This document shows positions 1 through 11,765 of a stretch of 64,000 nt of DNA, piece by piece (position 1 is the first letter of the stretch; each line of letters starts with the position of its first letter). The translations under genes were made by a program, and so were the position numbers. The stretch lies in the NCBI GenBank assembly GCA_025594325.1, contig JANHCV010000006.1, forward strand, positions 124,001 through 188,000. Direction: 5' to 3'. The stretch comes from Blastocladiella emersonii ATCC 22665 (lineage: Eukaryota > Fungi > Blastocladiomycota). Below the pieces are notes generated by a model. It had not been told where the DNA came from, ran no database searches, and worked only from the letters and a program-made list of their open reading frames with translations.

Positions 1-45
1 ATCGCACTGCTGCTCGCCTCTTCTCTCGCTTCAACCCGCGGCACC

Positions 46-1898
46 ATGAATCAAATGGACGAATCAACAAAGGACTTGGCGCAACCGCCCTTGCATGAAC
101 GTTTATCGCCCGAGTTATGGATTTCGGCACTCGTCAAGCTCGCTGAGATCGGCGAGCCCGACGACGTGCTTGCCACGATGTGCACCAGTCGCAAAATGCA
201 TGCTCTAGCACGCGATGAAAGCGTTGGCCACGCTCTCTTTCTTGCATTTAATAAGCAACTGGCCCAGGACATGAACGGGCGCCCGCCGCGCGTCGCCGAC
301 CTCCCGTTCTCGTGGTGGGCCGTTGTGCGCGACCAGGCCTGCGTTCACCGCACATGGACCCGCGGCGCTCACAATGTTACCCACATTGATTTTGCCGCGC
401 CGAGCGACCCGACGGACCAAGTCGTGCTCTACAAATGGGCCGAAACGAGCGACGACCACCTCGTGGCCTTGGCACTCCGCCGCCGCGAAGTCGGGTATGC
501 CGGTCCAACTTTCGATTCTTACAATTTCGACTTTGAGACCTATTACTGTGCTCACGTTCTTGCCTTGCCGTCGCTCGATCCCGTTGCAACGCTTCGGTTT
601 ACTGGGCTCAAGTCGCGGAACTACCAGTTTACTGATGACTACCGCTTCGAGTTTCTCGTCATGGACTCGCCCCGGTCCCGTTTCTTGGTCGCTATTTCGA
701 GCATGGATCCCAACGAGCTAGCAATTACACTAGCGTGGTGGTGCTGGAATCGAAGCGAGGATGACGCGCTTCTTGAGTGCCGAGACCTAATTTGCGACCC
801 TTTCGGTTCGTCTGTCACGGCCCTTGTCCCTCTGGATTAGCAATAGCTAACAAAAGTCGTGTAGGCGTACAAGCGTTCTTTTTACAAGCAGACACTCTTG
901 TTCTCACGTATTACGAGCGGGAGACCATTTTCCCTGTGATTGAAACGCTTAATCCGATCACCCTCGCCTCCACCTCGCGCACCCTTATCGAGCGCCGATG
1001 CGAGTCTGTCAACCGCCTCGACTCCTTTTCTCCGGACCTGCTCGCGCTTGGATTCTCGCACGGGCCGATTGCCATCTACTTGATCGCCAAGCGCGCTATT
1101 CTCGAGGAGTTTCAAGGCACAAACGGTGTCAATCCCCACAGAGTTAATCCGCGGCCTTGGTACCGCCATTCTCTTCGCTCGGAACTCAAACCAATTAGGA
1201 ATTCCATTCTCTTGCCACTCGAACAGCGACGCTGGCATCAGTATCTGGTCGAATATCCCAATTGCCGCCCAGGCGAAGAAGACGAGGTCGGTTTCATGGT
1301 AGACACCATGCGTCTCATTTGTGCGCTCCCGCCCGTCCCTCAAACAGATCCTGTGACCGATCACTTGATGCCATCGCATGGACGAGTACCGCACGCTGGC
1401 AAGCTGCCGCACACCATCAACTTTTCTGTCGTTGGTTACCACCTGCAAATCGCGATTACAGTACAGCATACCATCTACGTCACCGATCTCCGTACTGGTC
1501 AGCTACTTCCGCCACTTTTCCTGGTCGACTTTGTGCCCGCCAAGGTCATGGAGGTGCGCGGTACGGTCGTTCGGCCGGGACCCGAATGGACCGCAGCCGA
1601 ACTCCAGCACGCCATGCATGCGTCTCGTTCCTTGTGTGCGCCTGGCTTGTGGCTCGACAAGCTTACCTTCCGATCCGAGGCGGATGGGTCAGCCCCGCTT
1701 GTGATGTGCGAGCGCAAGTTGTCAAGCAACGCGCTTGCACTGTTCGATTACGAGCACCGGGTGAACCCGAAGAAAACCGAGCTTACAGCAATGCTGGAGT
1801 CGGCAACCTCGGGTATCCGCTGGATCGGAGAGTGCTACGATGAGCTGGTTGCGTTCCACGGACCGTATCTCTACCTTCTCCAGGCGCATCAGAGCTGA
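46..1898 (+). CDS. F-box-like N-terminal domain protein, tandem family copy 1 (exons 46-805, 865-1898)
   Basis: Two ORFs join in frame across a 59-nt intron (GTTCGT 806, branch GCTAAC, GTAG 864). The N-terminus LHERLSPELWISALVKLAEIGEPDDVLATMCTSRKMHALARDE fits an F-box-like pattern. Paralogous to 2906-4757. Confidence 0.75.
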
Positions 1899-2114
1899 GT
1901 GGAACGGGCAAGATCGCGGTATTGCAATACATTCAAACTGATTTATGAATTCAAGTCCACTGGACGGGGGTTTTGAGGAACGGGTCTCGGCCAGGCACCG
2001 GACACGGAACGCGAGGAACAAAACGCGAGGTCGCGATGCGCCACAAACGTGACGCCACTGCAAGTTCGCATGCTGCGACCATGCGAAGCTCTCTCCCGCT
2101 CACCATCTTATCTC

Positions 2115-2444
2115 ATGAATCGAATGGGGGAATTGACAAATAACTCAGTGCAACCGAATTCGCATCAGCGCTTGTTGCCCGGGCTATTGATCTATGTCCT
2201 GGTCAAACTCGCGCAACTTGGCGAACCGCGCGACGTGGTTGCCTTTATGCGCATCAACCGTTCAATGCATGCTCTTGCGACCAATGAACGGGTTGGCCAC
2301 GCACTCTTTCTTGCTTTCAACAAGTCCCTCGCGCAAGATATGCACGGCCGCGTTCCGTGCGTCGCCGAACTTCCAATTTCGTGGTGGGCCGTAGTCCGCG
2401 ACCAGGCCCGTGTGGGTAGTAAGTTGATTCCTACTTGCCTTTAA
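2115..2444 (+). pseudogene. Truncated copy 2 of the F-box-like family (N-terminal ~110 aa only)
   Basis: Aligns with copies 1 and 3 (VGHALFLAFNKSLAQDMHGRVPCVAELPISWWAVVRDQA), then diverges and stops at 2444; no downstream homology. Confidence 0.7.
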
Positions 2445-2554
2445 CTACCGGGTTCATGGAAGCGCCCTTGCCGTCGAGAGTGAGCGACGCGACGCGGCGC
2501 GCCATGGCATGACACTCTCGTGATACTCGAAACCGAGTGGCGTCAATCTCCGAG

Positions 2555-2853
2555 TGGACACGTTGCGCAATTCGGGCCTCCCCCCGAATCCTGAAAGGCT
2601 GGCGCGTCCACGCGACCTGCGCCGCCGCCAGCTTGCGGGCGCCGCCGCGACCTGCCACCCATGTCGCCGCTCGCGGAACGCGGCCGACGCGTGGAAGCGA
2701 GGCCTGAAAGTTCGGCCCTCGCTTTGCAGGGAGTCGCGAGTGCAGCGCTTGTCGAGAGGCGTGGCAGGTCGCTTGCGTTGCGGTTCGGCGCGTCGCGTGA
2801 CGCGCCCAGCCTTTCAAGATTCGGGGAGAGGCCCGAATTGCGCAACGTGTCCA
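2555..2853. mobile_element. ~300-bp long imperfect inverted repeat (MITE/foldback-like)
   Basis: Left arm TGGACACGTTGCGCAATTCGGGCCTCCCCCCGAATCCTGAAAGGCTGG... (from 2555) is the near-perfect reverse complement of the arm ending at 2853 over ~60 bp. Pairing resumes at GCGACCTGCCAC (2648-2659 vs 2761-2772). No TSD seen. Confidence 0.55.
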
Positions 2854-2905
2854 GTTCGACAACTGGTGACTCCCGCTCCGTTATGCACATGCATCTGATG
2901 AAATT

Positions 2906-4757
2906 ATGAACAACGACTCCATGCAATTACCTCTGCACCAACGTTTATCTCCAGAACTGTGGACCCTTGTTCTCGTCCACCTCGCGTCGGTGGGCAACTC
3001 GCGGGACGTTGTCGCGGTCATGCGTGCGAGCCGAGCCCTGAATGAACTTGCTCGTGACGAACGTGTGGGACACGCGCTCTTTCTTGCCTTCAACAAGCAG
3101 CTGGCCCAGGACATCAACGGCCGCCCGCCGCGCGTTGGCGAGCTGCCGTTTTCGTGGTGGGCCGTTGTTCGCGACCAGGCCCTGTTTCACCGCGCTTGGA
3201 CTCGTGGCGCGCACACCATCACTCATCTCGAATTTGCCGCGCCGAGCGACCCAACCGACAAGGCGATCCTTTACGAATGGGTCGGCACTAGTGACCACCA
3301 CCTCGTCGCCTTGGCGTTTCGTCGTCGCGAAATAGGCTACGTCGATGCTCCACCGCTCTACGCGCCGCGGGACTTGGATTTCGAAGGGTACTACTGTGCG
3401 CATGTGGTTGCACTGCCGTCGTTTGAGCCTGTCGCAACGCTACGCTTCACTGGGCTCAAGGCGCCAAACCGTCCCGTTGGCAACGATTTTCGTTTGGAGT
3501 TTGTGGCCATGGACTCGCCCCGGTCCCGTTTCTTGGTCGCTATTTCGAGCATGGATCCCAACGAGCTAGCAATTACACTAGCGTGGTGGTGCTGGAATCA
3601 AAGCGACGACGAGGCGCTCATCGAGTGCCGAAACATTGTTGCTGACCCATATGGTTCGTCTCAACTTTGATCTTGTTTTATTAAGATGATGACTGACTAG
3701 AGCCGTTTGCGTAGGCATCCAAGCGTTTTTCCTTGCAGACGACACGCTTGTCCTCGTCTACCACGAGAGAGTGACTGACTTCCTTGTGGTCGAAACGGTG
3801 GACCACATTACCCTAAACTACACTTCTCAGACGCGCATCGAGCGCCGATGCGAGTCTGTCAACCGCCTCGACCCGTTTTCCCCGGACCTTCTTGCTCTTG
3901 GATTCTCGCGTGGGCCTATTGCCATCTACTCGATTGCCAAGCGCGCTATCCTTGAGGAGTTTCAAGGCACAAACGGTGTCGATCCCCGTGGACTCGACCC
4001 GCGGCCCTGGTACCGCCGTTCGCTTCACTCGGAACTCGCCTCGTCAAAGCCCGTGGTCCCTTCGCCACTCGACCAGCGACGCTGGCATCAGTATCTCGTT
4101 GAATATCCCGAGTGCGAGCCAGGACAAGAGCGGGAAGTGATGTTCACGGCCAACACGGTGAACGTTGTCTGTACCCTTCCTTCTGCTCCCCAAACTGGTC
4201 CTGTAACCGATTACTCAACGCCTTCGCTTGGATGTGTTCTCCACGCGAGCACGCTCCCGCACACCGTGTCCACAACCGTCATGGGTTACCACCTGTACAT
4301 CGCGGTCACCGAGCAGAATGTCGTTTATGTGACCGATGTCCGCACTGGCGAGCTTCTTCCGCCACTCTTCCAAATCGACTTTGCGCCCGCCGAGGTCATG
4401 GAGGAGTACGGTACAGATATTTGTCCCTGGCCCAAGTGGACCATGGAGGAAGCTGTGCATGCGGCGCGCGCGTCTGAAGCCCTATGCTTGCCTGGATCCC
4501 ACCTCAAACGGCTTGTCTTTTCCTCCCAAGCGACTGCCACTCCACCCCATGTCGCGTGCCAGCGTCGGATATCCAACAAACTGCTCTCGCATGTCGTTGA
4601 ACAACACCGGCAGTATCCTGACCACATCGAGCTTCCAGATATAGTGGAATCGGCGTCGTCTGGTATTAGCTGGATCGGGAATCGCTACGACAAACTCGTC
4701 GCGCACCACGGGCAATACCTCTACATTCTCCAGGCGGCGAACGAGGCTGACCGGTAG
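2906..4757 (+). CDS. F-box-like N-terminal domain protein, tandem family copy 3 (exons 2906-3653, 3715-4757)
   Basis: Same intron position and phase as copy 1 (GTTCGT 3654 ... GTAG 3714); colinear protein similarity along the full length. Confidence 0.75.
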
Positions 4758-6373
4758 TTCATACATAATTTGCCCTGTATTCGTGCCAGTTTGACCCGTG
4801 TGAGCGTCTCGGAGCTGTTTTGACGCACGGCTGAGACAAGTCATGCAATTGGAGGAGATGACGCGTCGCGCCACTTCCGCAGCGCGTGATGGCACGGCGT
4901 GATGAGCTTCTCGCCTGATGTAAAACTGCTGTAGCGACTGGACTGCAGGCGAGCCGCGGTACGACTCTTGGCACGCTTCGCGCACACATGAGATTGTGTT
5001 TGCGACCAAAGCAGCGCGATCCCGACCCTCAGGGACGTGAACGCCACTCCCGTCCATCGATCGCTCGTGTCGCTTGTCAGCCGTCGCAGGTCTCACACAG
5101 GGCGTTGGAGTTGCACGTCGGAAGGTGACCGCGTGCTGCCTTTCGTGATGGGATACGGCTGGCCCTCGAACAAGGGCAGACCCGATCCGACCAAGGGCGC
5201 GAGAAATTGGTGGCAGTGAAGCGCGCGCAGCAGTGATCACGCACAAGATCAACATGGGAATGTCAGAACATGGTCAAGGCCAAAGTAGCAACACATCGCG
5301 GATCATCGCGAGATGGAGATTCCTGAGCCCCCGTGCGACGAGCGCACGGAGGCAATAGCAAAAATTGCGCCAATCGGCAGCCCCGAAGGAACCACCGAGA
5401 CCGAGGCGATCCCCTAGCGGCAGTGCGATGCTAGAGCCTCCTCGGCCGCCGCAGAGCCTTCGAGATAACCCCACGACCTGACAAGGTACGTATGAAGTTC
5501 AAACTAGGGTACGCGGGGCGCCGACCCGTTTTGTTGCGGCGGGCGAGGAGCGGTTGTGGGCCGACGTGCGAGGCGAGCGCGGTTGTCGCATCAATCAGGA
5601 CATGCCAAAGTAGCAACATGTGCGAACACGGTCGCGAGTGTAGGCTCTCCGCAGGCGCCCTTCGTCCGGAGAGACTGAAGAGCGCGTTGTCGCGAGCCGA
5701 TCCCTTGCGGGACGTGGTCTCCCAGGCTTAACCATACTCAGCTTCAAGGAAGATCAGCGAGTAAACGTGGAGGACCGATCCCCGCGGACCGCGGTGACGA
5801 GCAACTGTGCTCGCGGGGGCGGCCTCCGACCTGGTGGGTAAACGACGAACATAAACGAGCAAGTTGGCGATCGTCGCGGATGAGCGCGTGCTCGGGGACG
5901 ACGCAGGAGAGGGCGCGGCAGTCAAGAACACGAGGGCCGTCGCGTGACTGAGGTGGCAGAGCAGCTGCGAGGAAAGGGGACACGGACGAGCCCAAGACGG
6001 CGTGCCGCGAGCGGGTCGGGCAGCGCACACAGGTCGCGACGCCAAGGACGAGGGTCTAGTGAGGCAACTTCGACAAGTCATAGATGCATGGCAGTAGAGG
6101 GCGACGTCGTTCAGGGTAGACATGGTGCGACGAGCGCCGATGCTTTTGAGGCGTCGAGGACGCCCGTAGCGACCAGTCAGCCCGCATCACGTGGCACGCA
6201 GCTTGCGGTGCGCCTCACCGTCTCCACCCGTGCACCCCCATCGATGCTGTGCCAGTTAGGTAACCACGAAAGCGAACGTCATCAACACCACGTAGTGCTT
6301 GCAAAACGCGCACGCCGCTGTGAACCCGCCATCCGTCCACTGATCGGGAACCCAGCACATCAACATCAATACC

Positions 6374-8565
6374 ATGGCTCGGGTGAGTCTCGACCGCCGC
6401 TCCTCAATCTCCATGAAAGCACGATGTCTGATGAAAGACCGTCTCGGATCGCGTAGGGTCGTAAGGGCACATCCAGCAACCGGGGCAAGCCCGCGGCGCC
6501 CGCGCCCGTCGACGAGGACAAGAAGTTCTTCGTCAAGGCGTCGGAGCGCGACGCCATTTTCGGTCTCGGCAACGACTCGGACGACGACGGCGAGAACATT
6601 TTCGCCGGCGAGGACCGTGTCGGCACCGTCGACGTCGAGGAGGACGAGGTGTTCGGTCTCGACGTGCCGTCCGACTCGGAGGCCTCGGACGCCGAGCGCG
6701 ACTTTGTGCCCGAGGACGACGACGAGGCGACGGCGCAGTCGGGCTGGGGCCGCCGCCGCGGCGCCTTCTACAACGCCGACGACACGTTCGCCGACGACGA
6801 TGCGGCCAAGCTCGAGGAGGAGGAGGCGCTGCGTCTCCGCCGCGAGAAGCTCGCCAAGCTCAAGGAGGAGGACTTCCTCGATGGCGCCTTCGCCAAGATC
6901 GCCGGCGACTCGGACCTCGCGTCGCTGTCGCGCGGCCCGGCCTCGGGCTCAACGGCCGCCGTCGTCGATGGCGACTCGGGCAAGGCCGAGGTCGAGATCG
7001 TCGAGCGGCGCGCGCGGTCGGACATGACGCGCGACGAGATCCTCGAGCACCTGGCGACGACGTCGCCCGACCTGCTCGAGTTCATTCTCGAGTACCAGAG
7101 CAAGATGGAGGACGTGCGCGACGGGCTCGCGCCCATGTACGCGTTCGCGGTGCGCATGGAGCCCGAGACCAGCCCGGTGCGCGCGTACCTGGCGGCCAAG
7201 TACTTTTCGGTGCTCGGGTTCCTCATCAACGTGTCGTACTACCTGTCGCGGTACGCGCAGGCGACGCCGCGTCGCGAGATCATGGTGCACCCGGTCGTCG
7301 ACGTGCTCGTCCAGTTCAAGCGCCACATGGCCGCCATCGAGAAGATCGAGGAGGAGAAGCCGTGGCTCGCCGAGCGCCTCGAGCCTATTGTCCAGGCCGT
7401 CGAGGACATGGACGAGCTTGAGATGGACGTCGACGAGTACGTCGCCTACCTCCAGAAGGAGCTCGAGCGCGAGCGCAAGGAGGAGGAAGAGGAGAAGCTC
7501 GCCGAGCGCGAGGCCGCTGGGTCTGACTACGACTCGGAGGAGGAGGCCGAGGACGACATGGACGCCGCCAACGAGGAGCAGCTTGAGACCGTCTCGCGCA
7601 AGCGCAAGCGCAGCGACGCGGCGTCCGCCGACTCGGACGACGAGGCCGCGCTCGCCACCAGCGACCCCGCCCTCGCCGGCCTCTCGGCCAAGAAGCGGAA
7701 ACGCGCCGCCAAGCTCGTGGCGTCGATCCAGTACGAGGACGACTACAAGAAGGTCAAGTCCTCGTCGTCGTCCAAGAAGGCCAAGTCCGCGACGCGCGCG
7801 GCCGGCGGCGACGACTTTGACGAGACGGCGGCCGACGCCAACCTCGGCGCGCCCGCGGCGCTGTCGACGCTCGGCCTCGCCAAGAAGCCGCTGCGCAAGA
7901 TCGTGCAGAGCGTGCAGGCGCAGGGCAAGGCCAAGAAGGCCATCTCGGCCGACAGCGACGTGGCCAAGAAGGCCAAGCGCGCCGACACGCTCAACGCGCA
8001 CCTGTCCAAGGAGGAGATGGCTGCGGCCGACCGCGACGCCGACGTGTTCTCGGACGACGACGAGGCGGGTGCGGCGGGCAAGACGAAGAAGGGCGGCAAG
8101 CAGCAGTCGACGGAGCCGCAGCTCAACGAGGTCGGGATCAACATGGCCAAGGTCGACCCGCTGCGGCCGATCACGTCGCTGCTCGAGCACAAGGCCAAGA
8201 AGGACGCCAAGAAGATCCAGAAGAAGGTGGCCAAGCTGGTCGCGCGCGAGGGCCTGTCGCGCGAGGAGGCCAAGCAGCGCGTGGTGCAGTTCAACGACGA
8301 GGACGACTTTGACATGAACGACATGTCATCGGGCGCGGCGGCGGGCAAGCGCGAGGCGTCGTACAAGATCCTCAAGAACAAGGGTCTCACGCCCAAGCGC
8401 AAGAAGGAGGACCGCAACCCGCGCGTCAAGCACCGCCGCAAGTACGAGGGCAAGATGAAGAAGCTCAAGTCGACCAAGCGCCTCGTTACCACGCTCCAGG
8501 GCGGGTACCAGGGAGAGCTCACGGGTATCAAGACCCACCTCACGCGCCAGATCAACCTCAACTGA
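6374..8565 (+). CDS. SAS10: Sas10/Utp3 SSU processome subunit (exons 6374-6382, 6457-8565)
   Basis: ATG GCT CGG, intron GTGAGT 6383...CGTAG 6456, in frame with the 638-aa ORF. Acidic N-terminus and the Sas10 C-terminal motif NKGLTPKRKKEDRNPRVKHRRKY...YQGELTGIK. Confidence 0.93.
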
Positions 8566-9039
8566 GTGGTCCGCATTTGTTGCTGTCAATACACCGTCAA
8601 TCCTTAGCCATCTCGCTCGTGCGGAAAGTGTCTCGTTTTGCACGTGAGGACGCGACGATCGTCTCACGCACCAGCCGCCGTTCCGCGGGCTTCGCCGCCG
8701 ATCCGGTTCGCTCGCCTTCGGCCGACCGCCGACCCCGCCATCGCCTTGCTGCGGGCCCCGCCCGTGCATACAAAAACCAGCCCCGCCCCTTGCCCCGCTG
8801 CTCACGGAGCGAGTGCGGAGTAGCAACATTCGTCCGCCACGGGAGCGCACCGTTCGCTCTCGGCCGCTTGCTGAGTTATGACCATCATGCAGCGCGAGAT
8901 GACGATTTGACATTCTGGTACTATCAAATCCTGATCCCTAGGATGAGAGCTCTCTCAAGCATGCTCTGATCGCGCGCTCTGAGTCCATGTCCATGCGACA
9001 CTGCGTTGCTAGATTATGTGTATCACGCCGTACCACATC

Positions 9040-9893
9040 TCACTCCTCGGCCGACGTGCGTCCCGCCAGGAGCCCCGCGTAGTACCCCGCCCAGTACGAG
9101 TGGGCCGTGACGCTGTCGATGAGCTGCTGCCGCGTCATGAACGGCGCGGCCTGCGGATTCGCGGTCGCGGCGGCGGCCGAGAAGGGCGACGGGTACGCGT
9201 AGGACTCGGCCGTGGTCGCGGCGAGGGCTTCTGGTGCTGCCGCTGGTTCGGCGGCGGCCTCGTTCTCCTCGTAACCGGCGCCGTCGTCGAGGTCCTCGTC
9301 CTCTGAGTCGGACATGGGCTCGCCGCGCTTCCGGCGCTAGATCATGGGGTATGGAGTCAGTATCTCCGCGAGACGGATGTCAATGTGGAGAGCGTACCCG
9401 CTCGCGGTCCATGGCACGGTCCCAGGCCGCGATCAGCTCCGTGTCATCCCAAAAGTCGTCCTCGGCTGGCGGGAGCGCGTTGGGCTACACAGTCGAGGCG
9501 TGAGACGACGATCTCGCGGCGAGCCTGGCGAAAACAGCGCACCTGGGTCGGGGCCGCATCGCGATCGCGCTTCTGCTTCTTGCTCGCGGATCCCTTGCGG
9601 CCGGTATCACTCGTGTCGCGCTTGCGCGACTTTTTCGCCGCCGGCGCGGGTGCAGGAGCGGGTGGTGGTGCCGTGGCCGGGTCGAGCTCGCCCTCCTCAA
9701 AGTCCTCGTCGAGCGCGGCAGCCGGGACGAGATCACCGTCCACCTCGTCACCGTCGTCACCGGCAAAGGCCTCGTGGAGGTCGTCGCCGAGGTCCAGCTC
9801 GCCCTCCTCGGTCGGCTCGGCGACGGCTGCCGCGGGCGAGGGGGCGATCCCGTCGTTGAGCTTGGGGCGTTGCAGGGGCGTGTAGTCGGTCAT
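9040..9893 (-). CDS. SMN1: Survival motor neuron (SMN) homologue without Tudor domain (exons 9893-9543, 9484-9398, 9336-9040)
   Basis: The 87-nt middle exon, absent from the ORF track, encodes DDFWDDTELIAAWDRAM (Gemin2-binding motif). The last exon ends SYWAGYYAGLLAG (YG box). Both introns are canonical and phase 0. Confidence 0.85.
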
Positions 9894-10152
9894 GGCGACA
9901 CTTTCATGAGCTTACAGGGTTTGCACGAGGTGCAGATGGAGAGCGTGGACGAAGACGGCGGCCTCCGACCTTTCGACTCGACGATCCTCCCGTGCAGAGC
10001 ATCACGCGACAGTCACGCGCGCCGCGCGGGTGCGAGACACGACGCGTCTCGCGCCCCGCGCCTGCACCCGATGTCGCGAGCCCGATCCCCTCGAGTTCGC
10101 TTCAAAGTGGAACTCCCTGCTTTACGAATTGACTCGCACATGTAATCGAATG

Positions 10153-11745
10153 ATGGGCAACTGTCTATGCCTCGCCCCCGCCTCCCCGCGGTCGCCGTCG
10201 CGCGCGGGGACCACCAAGTCCGCGAGCCAGGGCGGCGGCAGCACGCTCGGCCACCGGTCCGCGCCCAGCGTGGCCTCGGTGCCGCACGTCGGGTTCGGGT
10301 CCGGCGTGGCCAAGGCCAAGTCGGCCGGCTCGAGCATCAAGACCGCGAAGAAGTCGCGGCAGCAGCTCGTGTCCAACGGCTCGCTCGTCTACTCGGTCGC
10401 CACCGCACGCAGCAGCGAACCGCACGTCGCACTCTCGTACAGCACGTCGGCGGTCGCGCAGGTCGCCGAGCATGCGTCCGCGGAGCGGAAGCGGTCCGAC
10501 TCGCGCGACTTTGCGTTCTCGCGTGTCGACGGGAGTGGCGGGGAGGCGACTCGCGTGAAGCGGCCGGGGTCGCTCATCGGGAACGCTTTTGAGATCGAGG
10601 AGTGTAACGTGGGTTATCCGCGTGGTTCGTTCCTGTCGGCGGGAAGCTCATGAGCTCGATCGCCATGTAGTCGGCCGTGCTCCTCGTCATGGACTGGACG
10701 ACCCAGGTCACCATCGACCTGTGCAAGACCTGCGTCATCGTGATTGGTCCATGCGACGGAAGGTACTATCATACCCTCGCTGTCTCGGCACCCTGTCCGC
10801 GAGCACTGACGAGTCACCTCGCACCAGCGTGTTCATTCGCGACTGCGTCGACTGCGTGCTCTTCGTCGTCGCGCGGCAGGTCCGCCTCCGCGACTGCACC
10901 AACTGCACCGTGTACCTGCACGTCGCCACGCCGCCCATCATCGAGACGAGCCGCGACATCGAGTTTCGATGCTTTCAGGGCTGGTATCCCGGGCTTGAAG
11001 GTGCGTGCGCGGCCGGTGGCAGCGGACCGCATCTTTCTCACTACGAGCTCGCGAGTGTAGACCAGTTCGCCGCGGCCAACCTGTCCGTCTTCGACAACCA
11101 CTGGTTCAAGGTGTACGACTTCAGCCCGCCGCCAGCAACTGCACCCGACGGCGAAGCGACTGGACCGCACTATTGCGTCCACGCGACGACGGCCAATGTC
11201 GCCGCGGGATCCGACAGTGTGCTCACGGTGCCCGCGCCGAACCTGCCCGTTCCGGTCGCTGCGAGCGAGGGTGAGGAAGATGTCGAGCTCGAGCTCGACC
11301 TGACTGTGGCCAGCGTCCCGCTGACGCGCCCGCTCGCGGCGGACGAGCAGTGCGAGTTCCTCGTGTGTCCGCTCGTCGCCGCGCCGACTGTGGCCAGGAC
11401 GCTCGGGGTACGCTCGAGTTTCGTCCGCCATGCACGTTGACCACTGACGGCAGGGAGCGCGAGTCTAGGCCGACCTGATCGACGTGCGGACGCTCAAGGA
11501 CGACAAGATGGCGGCGCTATCGAGTCTCGAGCTTGAAGGTATGCGTTTCCCTCGCCTTGCCCGATCGAATCGCTCCCTCACGCATGTTTCGTGTAGCCGA
11601 ACCGCACGCCGTCTTCCTGGCCCTCTCGCCGCTTGACACCGAACCTCGCCCGCCGCTCGCTCAAACCGTCCGCGTGCGCCGTGGCGACAACGACGATCCC
11701 GCGTCCGCGGTGCTCGGCGCTGTATTCGAAATGTCGACGACGTAA
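10153..11745 (+). CDS. RP2: RP2/XRP2 (TBCC-domain ARL3 GAP; ciliary), 6 exons (10153-10608, 10671-10762, 10828-11000, 11061-11407, 11469-11538, 11597-11745)
   Basis: MGNCLC acylation motif. The spliced beta-helix EECNSAVLLVMDWTTQVTIDLCKTCVIVIGPCDGSVFIRDC...RQVRLRDC...PPIIETS...NLSVFDNHWFKVYDF matches the RP2 cofactor-C domain. Confidence 0.85.
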
Positions 11746-11765
11746 CCAATCCATTAATCCATCCC

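Noticed and set aside
4840-4960. Integrase HHCC zinc-finger-like fragment (ISSNCMTC)
   Set aside because: His spacing is poor and no adjacent integrase core or RT motifs were seen.
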